The position numbers were made by a program, and so were the translations under genes. A DNA stretch of 64,000 nucleotides from an uncultured delta proteobacterium (GTDB lineage Bacteria > Desulfobacterota > Desulfuromonadia > Desulfuromonadales > JACZKF01), in contig CAWFKQ010000006.1 of the NCBI GenBank assembly GCA_963816395.1, positions 256,001 to 320,000 on the forward strand. The letters run 5' to 3'. Below the pieces are notes generated by a model. That model had not been told where the DNA came from. It searched no databases and was given only the letters and a program-made list of their open reading frames with translations. Shown piece by piece: positions 11,179 to 22,430 of this stretch. Every line of letters starts with the position of its first letter. Position 1 is the stretch's first letter.

Positions 11179-11371
11179 TCCCGGCTCCCGCGGCACATGC
11201 CAGCATTATGGTAGAATTTCAATGAGAACCCGAAGCCTGAGACTCCGATGATTCGTTTCTCTTTCAGATCCCGCCCGGCCAGAGTGCGACGCCCGGCGGG
11301 GCACGCCCCGCCGACCGGGGTTTCCGCTGGCGGCGGCCAGGGCCAGGCTGCGGCAGTTCCGCCAGGCCACC

Positions 11372-12529
11372 ATGCTGACGGTGGCCATCACCAGCCTGCT
11401 TCTCCTGCTCTTTTCTCCTCTGGATACCCATTCCGTCCCGGGCGCCGGAGGAACCGGTGCTCCTGTTGCCGCCACTCCACCAGGGGAGCCGGCGATTCCC
11501 GCCCCGAGAACCGAAGGGCCGCAGGGAAACGGGGATGAAGTATCCGAACCCCTCGGCCGGGCCGCCGCCGAGGAGGCGGCCCATACATTAGAGAACCTGC
11601 GGCAGGCAATTTATCGCTATCTGCCGAAGTTTCTGGTCGTCCTCGGGATCCTCTTCGTCGCCTGGCTGCTGGTCCGGCTCTTGCGCCCGCTGCTGCGGCG
11701 CACGCTGCGGAAATGGGAGCGGGCCAACGCGGTGGCCGCGCTTTTCGGCATCGGCGTCTGGATTCTGGCGGTGGGAATCGCGCTGAGCGTCGTTGCGGGA
11801 GACATCCGGGCGCTGGTCGGTTCCGTCGGTCTGGTCGGCCTGGCCCTTTCCTGGGCGCTGCAGACCCCGATCGAGAGCTTCACCGGCTGGCTGCTTAATT
11901 CTTTTCAGGGGTATTACCGGGTGGGTGACCGGGTGGCGGTAGGGGAGGTATTCGGGGATGTTTATAAGATCGACTTTCTGACCACCACCGTCTGGGAGAT
12001 CGGCGCTCCCGGACGCGGCGGCTTCGTGCAGGCCGAGCAGCCGACCGGCCGAATGATCACCTTCCCCAACAACCAGGTGCTGAACGGAACGGTGGTCAAC
12101 CTCACGCGCGATTTTCCCTTCGTCTGGGACGAGTTGGCGGTGGCACTCGCCAACGAATCGGACTTCGAGTACGGCCTGCGGGTTCTGGCCGGAGTGGCCC
12201 GGGAACTGCTGGGGGCGTCGATGGCGGAGCCGGCCCGCCGCTATGGAGAGATTCTGCGCCGGGCCGATCTCGAGCCCGGCATTCCCGAGGAGCCGCAGTT
12301 ATTCCTGTCGATGAGCGAGTCGTGGACGGAGGTGGTGATCCGCTATCTCGTCCACGCCCGCGAGCGGCGGAAGTGGAAGAGCGAGCTGACCGCAGGGGTC
12401 ACGGCGGAGTTGAAGAAGCCGGAGCATGCCGGACGGCTCCTGCCGGTCTATCCGCGTCAGCAGTTCCAGCTCATCGATCCTGACGGTCGGGCGGTTGTCC
12501 TGGCGAAGGATCGGCCGGAAGATCTCTGA
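11372..12529 (+). CDS. Small-conductance mechanosensitive channel (MscS family); true start may be ~11222 with a frameshift
   Basis: TM helices, then ALSWALQTPIESFTGW, YRVGDRVAVGEVFGDV and ITFPNNQVL. Confidence 0.88.
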   Translation: MLTVAITSLLLLLFSPLDTHSVPGAGGTGAPVAATPPGEPAIPAPRTEGPQGNGDEVSEPLGRAAAEEAAHTLENLRQAIYRYLPKFLVVLGILFVAWLLVRLLRPLLRRTLRKWERANAVAALFGIGVWILAVGIALSVVAGDIRALVGSVGLVGLALSWALQTPIESFTGWLLNSFQGYYRVGDRVAVGEVFGDVYKIDFLTTTVWEIGAPGRGGFVQAEQPTGRMITFPNNQVLNGTVVNLTRDFPFVWDELAVALANESDFEYGLRVLAGVARELLGASMAEPARRYGEILRRADLEPGIPEEPQLFLSMSESWTEVVIRYLVHARERRKWKSELTAGVTAELKKPEHAGRLLPVYPRQQFQLIDPDGRAVVLAKDRPEDL

Positions 12530-12543
12530 GGAGAAATCGTCCC

Positions 12544-13645
12544 TCAATGGAATGCGGCATTTTTCTGGCGCCACTCGAGAAAGATTTTGACCGCCGATCT
12601 CCAGAGCATCCAATTCGGGGGGAAAGCTTTCGTCGATTCCCGGGAGAATCTCGTCAAGAGCGGGAAGGAGCGTGCCGTCCCGATAGGAGTCGAGGATTTC
12701 TGGGTGGATATAGTACTTGCGGCTGGCCGCCGGGCGGTTGCCCAGGAGCCGGGCCACCTCGCGCACCGCCCGGGTGATATTCTTCTTCGCTTGAGAGGCG
12801 GTTTCCGCCTGGCCGAGCGCCCGCAGGCCGGCGGCGGCGCACACCGTCGCATGCCAGGTCCGGATATCCTTGGCGGTGAATTCGGCCCCGGTCGATTCCT
12901 GCAGATATCCGTTCACGTCCTCGGAAGCGACGGTGCGCAGTTCGCCCTCGCCGTTCACGTAGCGGAACAGCTCCTGGCCCGGGAGGTCGAGGATCTGCCG
13001 CAGGACGCTGGCGACCCGCCGGTCCTGGACGCTTCTTTCGTGCCACTTGCCGGATTTCCCCCGGAAGGCGAAGCGGATCTCCGAGGTCTCCACGTCCACA
13101 TGGCGGCGCTGCAGGGTGGTGAGGCCGAAGGAGTTGTTCTCGCGCAGGTAGGCTTCATTGCCGACACGGATCAGGCTCTTTTCCAGGAGGCGGACGACGG
13201 TTGCGAGGATCTTCTCCCGGGAGAGGCCGCGCCGGCGGAGATCGGCGGCAACGCGGCGGCGGAGAATCGGCAGGATCTCGGCGAAATGCAGGATATGGGC
13301 AAACTTGACCTCATTGCGGAAGGCGGCCCAGTCGGCATGATAGAGATACTGCTTGCGCCCCCGGGCGTCGCGGCCGGTCGCCTGCAGATGTCCCCGCGGC
13401 GAGGAGCAGATCCAGACCTCGCTCCAGGCCGGTGGAATGACCAGGGATCGGATGCGCTCCAAGGCCTGCGGATCGCGAACAGCCGTTCCATCCGGCGCCA
13501 GGTACCTGAACCCCATGCCGCACCGGCGCCGGCGGATGCCGGGGAGTCCGTCATGCACGTAGTGAAGGCCGACCGCCCGCGCCGAAGCTGCCGGGTCGCG
13601 CCATAAGGACTCTCCCCGCGGGAGATCGTTCGTAATCTGGCCCAT
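12544..13645 (-). CDS. Bacterial DNA topoisomerase IB (frameshift near C-terminus)
   Basis: IPPAWSEVWIC, GRDARGRKQYLYH, IRVGNE, SFGLTTL, FRGKSGK, FTAKDIRTW, GNRPAASRKYYIHP (catalytic Tyr). The last residues lie in the frame ending at 12544. Confidence 0.92.
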
Positions 13646-13849
13646 CGTTCTGCCGTCCTGGCATTGTGTCCGCTATATTTTATCACCGGCAGAATTCTCG
13701 CGCACGGCATCCCTGATCCTGCCCGAACCTCGCCCCGTGCGTTCCAATTCCCCTCCGGCGGGTGTATCCTCATAATGGGGTAGAGGTGGAGGCGACATTC
13801 ACGCGAGAGGAGAGGGAATCCGCAGTTAGGGAGGAAAGGACTAAAAGAC

Positions 13850-14433
13850 GTGAACAAGCGCGGGACGCAGCCCGACAGAATCGACCGGCTGGAACCCAAA
13901 GTACGCAGAGGGACTGATCGTGGCCATTACCGGCCACGGTAAAGGTAAAACCACCTCGGCGCTGGGGATGGCGGTGCGCGCCTGCGGCCACGGAATGAAG
14001 GTCTGCGTCATTCAGTTCATGAAGGGTGACCTCTACGCCGGGGAGTGGGACGGCATCAAGCTGCTGGATTGCGACATCGAGCTGATCGCCACCGGCAAGG
14101 GGTTCTGCGGTATCGGAGGCAATCCCTATCCTTGGAAGGAGCACCGGGACGAACGCCCAGGACGCTATCGACCTGGTCCATGAAAAATTGGCGTCCGGTG
14201 CGGTGGATCTCCTGATCCTGGATGAAATCAATAATGCACTCAAACTCAAGCTGGTCGACCTGGGACAGGTCCTGGAAATCCTGCGCGCCAAGCCGCCCCT
14301 GATGCACCTGGTCCTCACCGGCCGCGATGTCCATCCGCAGGTGATCGAGCTGGCCGATACCGTCAGCGAGATTTGTGAAATCAAGCATGCCTTTCGCGCC
14401 GGCATCGAACCTCAGCCAGGTATCGATTATTGA
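13850..14433 (+). CDS. cobO: Cob(I)yrinic acid a,c-diamide adenosyltransferase (frameshifted)
   Basis: TGHGKGKTTSALGMAVRACGHG, QFMKG, LILDEINNAL, VLTGR, KHAFRAGIEPQPGIDY. Confidence 0.9.
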
Positions 14434-14507
14434 TCCATGTAGCCGGCCGACCCCAGGCAAGGATCGACGGGAAGAAGATAAAATTTCGCAAACCACGGAT
14501 GGAATCC

Positions 14508-14843
14508 ATGCCCCGATCCAATAAACGCATCTATCGCATCTTTTTCATCAGCCAGGGCAAGTCTTACGAGATCTACGCCCGCAAGGTCCAGCAGGGAGAG
14601 TTGGCAGGATTTGTCGAGATCGAGGAACTGGTTTTCGGGGAGAAATCGAGCATCGTCGTCGATCCTTCCGAGGATGCCCTGAAAAAGGAGTTCGGGGGGG
14701 TGAAGCGCCTGCACCTTCCATTTCACGCCATCGTGCGCATAGACGAGGTGGAGAAGGAAGGGCCGGGGAAGGTGCTGAGCATCGCCGGTGGCGATGGTCC
14801 TGTTCCCGGGCTGCCGCCGGGCCTGGTACCGAAGCGGGGCTGA
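14508..14843 (+). CDS. DUF1820-like protein
   Basis: IYRIFFISQGKSYEIYAR...FVEIEELVFGEKSSIVVDPSEDALKKEF...HAIVRIDEVEKEG matches my recollection of this family. Confidence 0.75.
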   Translation: MPRSNKRIYRIFFISQGKSYEIYARKVQQGELAGFVEIEELVFGEKSSIVVDPSEDALKKEFGGVKRLHLPFHAIVRIDEVEKEGPGKVLSIAGGDGPVPGLPPGLVPKRG

Positions 14844-14934
14844 AGCCCGGCACTCCACCCGCCGCCAGCCCTCTCTCCTTCCCCACGACACTCTCCCCTC
14901 CCGCCAGATAGTTCTCATAGCATCGGCATCAAAT

Positions 14935-15048
14935 CGGATCGAAAGCGAACCGGGGCAGGGAACCGTGCTCTCCTTTTCCCTGCCGATTGCGCCTCCGAAT
15001 GACGCGGTGACGATCCGGTCCCTGATGAATGAGCCCGCCCGGAAATAA
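14935..15048 (+). pseudogene. Histidine kinase HATPase C-terminal remnant
   Basis: IESEPGQGTVLSFSLP is the terminal strand motif of HATPase_c; no upstream kinase body is present. Confidence 0.5.
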
Positions 15049-15164
15049 TCGGGCGGAATCTTTCTTTTTTCTTGTCTGGAACCGGAATCCCCATAGAATA
15101 GCGGGAATTTGAATGGATTTGCCGGCACAGCGCCGGTTCTGTCGATCAGCAAAGGAGGAAACAG

Positions 15165-16136
15165 ATGAAATCCGCACCGTTCCGCAAAGGCCTGGCCGTG
15201 GCAGTGCTGGCAGCTGGCCTGCTGACCATCCGGCCGGCGCCGGGAGCGGGGGCGGTGGAGTGGCGCGGTGGTCTGTGGACGGGATATCGGCAGGACCGGC
15301 TCGACTTCAATATCGCCGGTAATACCAGCGGCAGTAATCCCAACATTCTTTCCGAGCTCATCTGGAAGGACCTGGAGATCTGGCAGGCCGGCGTGCAAGG
15401 AAGTCTGCGCTTTCTCCCACGTCATTCGCCGGTGGGCGGCCTGGTCCGCCTGCAGGCCAGCTTCGGTATCATTACCGATGGCCGCAACCAGGATTCCGAT
15501 TATCTCGGTGATGACCGGAGCGGCGAGTTTTCCCGCTCCAATAACGATGCGGACGGTGAGGTATGGGACGTCTCCCTTGGTGCCGGCCCGCAGTTCTTCC
15601 TGAGCCGGGATCGCCTGCGGCTCACGCCAATGATCGGGGTCGCCATCCACGCGCAGGATCTCGAGATCACCAACGGCTACCAGAGTATTTCCCAGCCCAC
15701 GGAAGATATGCCGCTGCCGCCCCTCGGTTCTTTTTCCGGCTTGCACAGCTCTTACAATGCGCTCTGGACCGGGCCATGGACCGGGGTGGAGTTGCAGTGG
15801 CAGCCACTGCCCGGTCTTCTTCTGACCGGCGGCGCGGAGCTGCACCTCGTCTATTTCACGGCCGATGGCGACTGGAACCTGCGCCAGGATTTCTCCCACC
15901 CGAAAAGTTTTGAGCAGCAGGCCTGGGGCGAGGGATTCCAGGGCAGGGCCGGACTTGCCTATCTGGCCTCCGGGCGCTGGATAATCCAGGCCGATTATTT
16001 CTATCGCCGGTGGCAGGCGGACGATGACGGCCGCGACCGGGTGTTCTTCGCCGATGGCTCCACTTCTGAAACCAGGCTGAACGAAGTCAACTGGCGCTCG
16101 CAGACGCTGACGCTGGGAGTGAATTACCGGTTCTGA
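15165..16136 (+). CDS. Outer-membrane beta-barrel protein (omptin/Pom-like)
   Basis: Signal peptide, amphipathic beta strands, C-terminal LGVNYRF BAM motif; NILSELIWKDL and QDSDYLG recall omptin-fold barrels. Confidence 0.75.
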   Translation: MKSAPFRKGLAVAVLAAGLLTIRPAPGAGAVEWRGGLWTGYRQDRLDFNIAGNTSGSNPNILSELIWKDLEIWQAGVQGSLRFLPRHSPVGGLVRLQASFGIITDGRNQDSDYLGDDRSGEFSRSNNDADGEVWDVSLGAGPQFFLSRDRLRLTPMIGVAIHAQDLEITNGYQSISQPTEDMPLPPLGSFSGLHSSYNALWTGPWTGVELQWQPLPGLLLTGGAELHLVYFTADGDWNLRQDFSHPKSFEQQAWGEGFQGRAGLAYLASGRWIIQADYFYRRWQADDDGRDRVFFADGSTSETRLNEVNWRSQTLTLGVNYRF

Positions 16137-16158
16137 GCGCGGGGAGGAGGTGGAGTGC

Positions 16159-16187
16159 TTGACTTTGTAAATTAAAATAGCTGTAAT
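16159..16187 (+). promoter_or_regulatory. Putative sigma-70 promoter for the DUF294 gene
   Basis: TTGACT (16159-16164), 17 nt, TGTAAT (16182-16187), in an AT-rich patch. Confidence 0.6.
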
Positions 16188-16317
16188 GAAGACATGTCTT
16201 GCTCTTGCCTGGGTACCCAGGCAAGCCGCGGAAGAAAACAACCGCCGGAACTGTTTGCTGTCGTCCGGCTGCTTTTTTATTGCGGGTCTGACTCCCATAA
16301 GTACCGGAGGATCTGCC

Positions 16318-17756
16318 ATGCCAGAGGAAAACATCTTCTTCCTCCCGGTTAAAGAATCCTGCCGGCAGGCAGTGGTCACCTGCTCTCCAGAGGACCGGCT
16401 GGTCGAGGTGGCTGCCGTCATGCGGCAGAGGAACATCTCCAGTGTGGTGGTCTGCGAGGGGGGGCGCCGACCGGCATCGTTACCGATCGGGACCTGCGCA
16501 ATAAGGTGGTGGCCCGCGGCGAAGCGCCAGAGGCGCTGGCGGTGCGTTCGGTGATGACTGCTCCCTTGATCACGGTCGGGGAAGAGGACTTCCTCTTCGA
16601 GGCCCTTTACCGGATGTCACGGCACGGCATCCACCGGCTGGGCGTGGTCGATGCCGGCGGCCGGCTCACCGGCATCATTACCGATTCCGACATCCTCAGG
16701 CTGCAGACCCGCTCCCCGCAGCAGATGCTCAGGGATATCGAAGAGGCCCGCGGCGTCGATGGCTTGCGCGAGATCCACACCCGGGTTCAGGGGCTGGTCT
16801 TGCACCTGGCAGGGACGGGAGTGGCTACCGCGGACCTGGTGCGGATGATCTCGCACCTCAACGACCGGATTCTGCTGCGGCTGATCGCGCTGCTGCGGGA
16901 GGAACGTTTCCCCGACCTGCCGGAGCGCTTCGCTTTCGTGGTCCTGGGGAGCGAGGGGCGTCGGGAGCAGACCCTGACCACCGATCAGGACAATGCCATT
17001 CTCTACGCGGAGGGGCTCTCCGCCGCCGAGGTCCGGCAGATTGAAGAATTTTCCCGGGCGCTGATCGATTCCCTGATCGATATCGGCATTCCTCCCTGCC
17101 CCGGCGGCATCATGGCCAGCAACGAAGCCTGGCGACGCAGCATCCGCGGCTGGACGGAGGTGCTGGACCACTGGTTTGCCAATGCCGTTCCGGAAAACAT
17201 CCTCCGCGGCAGCATGTTTTTCGATTTGCGCACCCTCTATGGCGATCCTTCGCTGGAGCGGGCGCTGAAGACGCACATCACCGGCAGCCTGCGCCGCGAG
17301 GTGGCTTTCCTGGTTCGCACCGCTGCCAACGTGCTGCGTTTCAAGCCCCCGCTCGGCTGGTTCGGGCGCATCAAGGTGGAAAAAAAAGGGGCACAGCGGG
17401 GCCTGCTGGACATCAAGAAGGCCGGGATTTTTGCCATTACCGAAGGAATAAAGGTTTTGGCGCTGGAAGCCGGCCTCCTCGATGGCGGCACCCGTGAGCG
17501 CCTGCAGTCGCTGGCCGAGGCGAAGGTGCTCGGTCGGGGCCAGGCGGAGGACCTGGAGGCAAGTTTCAACTTCCTGGTCTTCCTCCGTCTGCGGTCCCAG
17601 GTGACGGCCATTCGGGAAGGGCGAAAGCCGAGCAATCATATAGCCCTGGACAACCTCAATCATATGGAGAGGGGACGTCTGCGTCTGGCGCTGGAGGAGG
17701 TGGGGGCATTCCAGGATTTTCTCCGGAGCCATTTTCAGCTGGATCTGGTCCGATGA
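16318..17756 (+). CDS. CBS-pair + DUF294 nucleotidyltransferase-like protein (frameshift near 16465)
   Basis: CBS repeats, then VVLGSEGRREQTLTTDQDNA, CPGGIMASN, FFDLR and DIKKAGIF. Confidence 0.9.
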
Positions 17757-18081
17757 TCATTTTCCGGTCTCGGTTACCGCTGAGCTTCGGAAGCTCCTCA
17801 GAGTTTGCTGCAGGTTCTCCCAACTTACAGAAATATTAACGGGTTTCGTCACTTTCCGGCAGGGTTTTGGATTGACAGAAGAGCAATGGTGCCGTATATC
17901 TTTTAATAAAACGTCGTTTCGAGTATTGCCGCACCGGTGGTGCTCATCGCTTCGGAATCAGCGTCCGCGAGAATCCCGATTTGCTGCTGGCTGTCGAGGT
18001 CTTTCGGGCGATTTGCCGTCAAGTTTGGTTGATCGTGAAAAAAGGGCTTTTTCAACAATCTGCCAAGGAGAGGAGAAGCGA

Positions 18082-19101
18082 ATGAAACTGACGGGATTAA
18101 CGGTATGGGTTGCTGGCTTTTGCCTGCTTGCGGTAAGCGTGGCGCAAGCGGGGCAGGATTTTGATGCGGTCAGGAAGAAGGGCTTCATCCAGGCCGGGGT
18201 GAACGGCGGGGTCTTCGGCTTCGGCATGCCGGATGAAAAAGGGGTCTGGCGCGGATTGGATGTCGATACCGCGCGCGCCATCGCCGCTGCGGTATTCGGC
18301 GATGCCAACAAAGTCAAGTACTCCCCGCTTACTGCCGTGCAGCGTTTTACTGCGCTGCAGTCGGGCGAGATCGACGTCCTCTGCCGCAATGCCACCCGGA
18401 CCCTGACCCGGGAGAGCCAGCTGGGCCTTAACTTCGTGCATGTCAACTATTACGATGGCCAGGGCTTCCTGGTGCCGAAGAAGGTCGGGGTCAAAAGCGC
18501 CAAGGACCTGAGCGGGGCCACGGTGTGCGTCCTGCCCGGGACCACCACCGAGCAGAACGCCGCCGACTTCTTCCGCTCCCACAAAATGGATTGGAAACCG
18601 GTGGTGATCGAATCGACCACCGAACTGGCCAAGGCCTTTTTCGCCGGTCGCTGCGATGTGCTGACCTCCGATGCCTCGCAGCTGGCGGGCGCCCGGGCGA
18701 TTTCCCCAAATCCGGCCGACTACGTCCTCCTTCCCGAAATCATTTCCAAAGAGCCTCTGGCGCCCGCCGTCCGGCATGGTGACGACCAGTGGCGCGATGT
18801 CGTCGATTTCACCGTCCAGGCGATGATCGAGGCTGAAGAACTCGGCATCACCTCCAAGAATGTCGACGAGATGCTGAAGAGCAGCGATCCCAAAGTGCAA
18901 AGGTTTCTGGGGGTGGTTCCCGGCAACGGCAAGGCCCTCGGCTTGGACGAGAAATGGGCGTACAACATCGTCAAGCAGGTCGGCAATTACGGCGAGGTCT
19001 TTGAGCGCAACGTCGGTAAAGACACGTCCCTGGGTCTCGAGCGCGGCCTGAACGCCCTGTGGACCAACGGCGGGCTGATGTATTCGGTTCCATTCAAGTA
19101 A
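18082..19101 (+). CDS. aapJ: General L-amino acid ABC transporter substrate-binding protein (AapJ/BztA)
   Basis: GLDVDTARAIAAAVFGD, RFTALQSGEIDVL, YYDGQGFLV, ISKEPLAPAVRHGD, VGNYGEVFERN, GLNALWTNGGLMY. Confidence 0.93.
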   Translation: MKLTGLTVWVAGFCLLAVSVAQAGQDFDAVRKKGFIQAGVNGGVFGFGMPDEKGVWRGLDVDTARAIAAAVFGDANKVKYSPLTAVQRFTALQSGEIDVLCRNATRTLTRESQLGLNFVHVNYYDGQGFLVPKKVGVKSAKDLSGATVCVLPGTTTEQNAADFFRSHKMDWKPVVIESTTELAKAFFAGRCDVLTSDASQLAGARAISPNPADYVLLPEIISKEPLAPAVRHGDDQWRDVVDFTVQAMIEAEELGITSKNVDEMLKSSDPKVQRFLGVVPGNGKALGLDEKWAYNIVKQVGNYGEVFERNVGKDTSLGLERGLNALWTNGGLMYSVPFK

Positions 19102-19232
19102 GCTGAGGCTTCACCGGCAGGAAGGCGTTCCGGCGAACGTCTTCCTGCCCGTCCTCTGAGACCGCGGATCCCCGGGATCGGCAGGGCGGGCCTGCACCGC
19201 TCGTCCTCTCCGTAAGTTCCAGACAGAGCTTT

Positions 19233-20421
19233 ATGCCTATCGACTCCGAAACTGCTGCCGTTCCATCTGCGACACCATTCTGGCGTGATCCAAGAAAGCG
19301 GGGAATCGTTTTTCAGTTGCTGGCGCTGCTGATCGTCTGCGGAGTCGGCTACTACATCTTTTCCAATACCCGGACCAACCTCGAGCGCCAGTCGATTGCG
19401 ACCGGTTTTTCCTTCCTCGGCAAGGAAGCCTCTTTCGAAATCGGGGAATCGCCCATTCCCTATTCGGCTGCCGACAGCTACGCCAGGGCGCTTGCTAGTG
19501 GGCGCGCTCAACACCCTCAGGGTGTCCTTCATCGGCATCGTCATCACCACCCTGCTCGGCACCCTTGTCGGCATTGCCCGCCTTTCGACCAATTGGCTCA
19601 TTTCCAGACTGGCCGGCGGTTTTGTCGAGGTGATGCAGAACATTCCCGTTCTGCTGCAGCTCTTTTTCTGGTACGCCATCTTCTATGAAGCCTTCCCCTC
19701 TCCCCGGCAGGCTCTCCATCCCCTTCCGGGTCTTTTCCTCTGCAATCGAGGGCTGAGTGTGGCAGTACCCATGTCGATCCCCGCCTACTGGAACATGCTC
19801 TGGGCACTTTTGGCCGCCCTGGCCGGTTGGCGGCTGCTGGCCCGCTGGGCGCGCAAGCGTCAGGAACGGACTGGCCGGCTGTTCCCGGTCATCCGGGTGG
19901 GGCTGGCTCTTTGCCTGGCACTCCCCATCCTGGTATGGACGCTCTATGGGATGCCAATCGCCGTGGACGTGCCGCAACTGCGCGGCTTCAACTTCACCGG
20001 CGGGCTCACCGTGAGCCCCGAGTTCAGCGCCCTGCTGCTCGGCCTGGTTCTCTATACCTCGGCCTTCGTCGCCGAGATCGTTCGCGCCGGTATCCAGTCG
20101 GTGAGCCATGGGCAGGTCGAGGCGGCCATGTCCATCGGCCTGCGTCCTGCCAAGGTGCTGCAGCTGGTGGTCCTGCCCCAGGCGCTGCGGGTGATCATCC
20201 CGCCGCTGACCAGCCAGATGCTCAATCTCACCAAGAACAGCTCCCTGGCCATCGCCATCGGTTACCCCGACTTCGTCGCGGTGGCCAACACCACCATCAA
20301 CCAGACCGGCCAGGCCATCGAAGGGGTCATGCTGATCATGGCGGTTTATCTTTTCTTCAGCCTGTCGACATCGCTGTTCATGAACTGGTACAACAAAAAA
20401 ATGGCCCTGGTGGAGAGGTGA
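19233..20421 (+). CDS. aapQ: Amino acid ABC transporter permease (AapQ/BztB; frameshift near 19490)
   Basis: GALNTLRVS, ARLSTNWL, EAA loop (GQVEAAMSIGL), KNSSLAIAIGYPD. Confidence 0.9.
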
Positions 20422-20425
20422 GCTC

Positions 20426-21521
20426 GTGATCGAAAAACCGGCCCCATCAGGAACGGAAATTCTTCGACCGCCGGCTACCCGGATGGGAGTCGTGGGCTGG
20501 CTGCGCGCCAATCTGTTCAACACCTGGTACAACTCTCTCCTGACCCTGCTGATCCTCTACGTGTTCTGGAAGCTTGTGCCGCCGCTGCTGCGCTGGGCCT
20601 TTCTCGACAGCCGCTGGACCGGCCCCAGCCAGGTCTGCCGGGGCATCGACGGGGCCTGCTGGTCGTTCATTCCGGCGAACATCAACCTCATCATGTTCGG
20701 CTTCTATCCGCAGGGGCAGTACTGGCGTCCCAGTCGCCGCCATTTTCCTGCTGGTGGCGCTGGTCTTTTACTCCAGGGACCGGCAGCACTGGAAGAAATC
20801 GCTTGCCTGGCTGTGGTTGGGGGGGGTATTCGCGATGTGGCTGCTGATGCACGGCGGGTTGTTCGGGCTGCCGACCGTGGGAACGGCGCTGTGGAGCGGG
20901 CTGCCTCTTACCCTGGCCCTGGCGCTGGTCGGCATGGTGGGAGCCTACCCGCTGGGGGTGCTGCTGGCGCTCGGCCGTCGTTCGCGCCTGCCGGCGATCA
21001 AGACGCTGTGCGTCGTCTATATCGAGCTCATCCGCGGCGTGCCGCTGATCAGCATGCTTTTCATGTCGGCGGTGATGTTCCCGCTCTTTCTCCCCGAAGG
21101 GGTGACGCTCGACAAGGTCCTGCGCGCCCAGGTGGCTATCGTCCTGTTCACCGCCGCCTACATCGCCGAGGTGGTGCGCGGCGGGCTGCAGGCGATGCCC
21201 CGGGGGCAGTACGAGGCCGCCGATTCGCTCGGGCTTAACTATCGCCAGACAATGCGGCTGATCATTCTTCCCCAATCGCTCAAGATCGTCATTCCGCCGA
21301 CGGTGGGGATTCTGATCTCGGCCTTCAAGGATACCTCGCTGGTGGTCATCATCGGCCTTTACGACCTGCTCAAAACGACCAAGGTGGCCCTCTCCAACCC
21401 CCAGTGGGCGGGGTATTCCGCCGAGGCCTACCTCTTCCTGGCGGTGATCTATTTCATCTGCTGTTACGCCATGTCGAGTTACAGTCGGAAACTGGAAAAA
21501 GAACTGCATACCGGCCGCTGA
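20426..21521 (+). CDS. aapM: Amino acid ABC transporter permease (AapM/BztC; frameshift near 20730)
   Basis: [46 protein letters not shown]. Confidence 0.9.
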
Positions 21522-21562
21522 GTTCCTGCCGGGCGGCTGCAAGCGATGAGAGTGCGGATGTT

Positions 21563-22339
21563 ATGAAGGAAGAGCAGAAAACCGCCGGCGCGGCTGGTTC
21601 CGCGGCCGAGCCGATCATCGAAATTCTCGGCATGCACAAGTGGTTCGGTGACTTCCATGTGCTGAAGGACATCAACCTGACGGTGCAGACCGGAGAGCGC
21701 ATCGTCATCTGCGGTCCTTCCGGCTCCGGCAAATCGACCCTGATTCGCTGCATCAACCGGCTGGAGGAGCACCAGCGGGGCAGGATCGTGGTGGACGGGA
21801 CCGAATTGACCAACGACATCAAGAAAATCGAAAAGGTCCGCGTCGAGGTCGGCATGGTCTTTCAGCATTTCAACCTTTTTCCCCACCTCACCGTCCTCGA
21901 GAATCTCACCCTGGGACCCATCTGGGTGCGCAAGACGCCGAAAAAAGAGGCAGAGGAGATGGCGATGCTGTTCCTGGAAAAGGTGCACATTGCCGAGCAG
22001 GCCCTGAAGTACCCCGGTCAGCTCTCCGGCGGTCAGCAGCAGCGCGTCGCCATTGCCCGCAGCCTGTGCATGCGTCCCAAGGTGATGCTTTTCGACGAAC
22101 CGACTTCGGCCCTTGACCCCGAAATGGTCAAGGAGGTGCTCGATGTCATGATCAACCTGGCGGAAGAAGGAATGACCATGCTGGTGGTCACCCACGAGAT
22201 GGGCTTTGCCAGGAGCGTCGCCCATCGGGTCATGTTCATGGATTTCGGCCAGATCCTCGAGCAGAACAATCCCCGGGACTTCTTCGAGAACCCCCGGCAC
22301 GAACGGACCAAGCTGTTCCTGAGCCAGATCCTGAGCTAG
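21563..22339 (+). CDS. aapP: Amino acid ABC transporter ATP-binding protein (AapP/BztD)
   Basis: Walker [38 protein letters not shown]. Confidence 0.95.
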   Translation: MKEEQKTAGAAGSAAEPIIEILGMHKWFGDFHVLKDINLTVQTGERIVICGPSGSGKSTLIRCINRLEEHQRGRIVVDGTELTNDIKKIEKVRVEVGMVFQHFNLFPHLTVLENLTLGPIWVRKTPKKEAEEMAMLFLEKVHIAEQALKYPGQLSGGQQQRVAIARSLCMRPKVMLFDEPTSALDPEMVKEVLDVMINLAEEGMTMLVVTHEMGFARSVAHRVMFMDFGQILEQNNPRDFFENPRHERTKLFLSQILS

Positions 22340-22430
22340 TTCCTGTCCGGAAACGGCCTTTTTCCGCAATCTTTGCGTCAATCTACGGCCTTGCTTGTGC
22401 GGCGTACTGATGTACGCCTCCGCGCAATGC

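Noticed and set aside
13646..13850. Cobalamin riboswitch upstream of cobO
   Set aside because: No convincing B12-box or conserved core seen; the space is shared with the divergent topoisomerase IB promoter region.
17757..18081. Long leader of the amino-acid ABC operon as a riboswitch or T-box
   Set aside because: I could not identify conserved riboswitch or T-box motifs or a clear terminator; only a possible TTGACA promoter at 17872.
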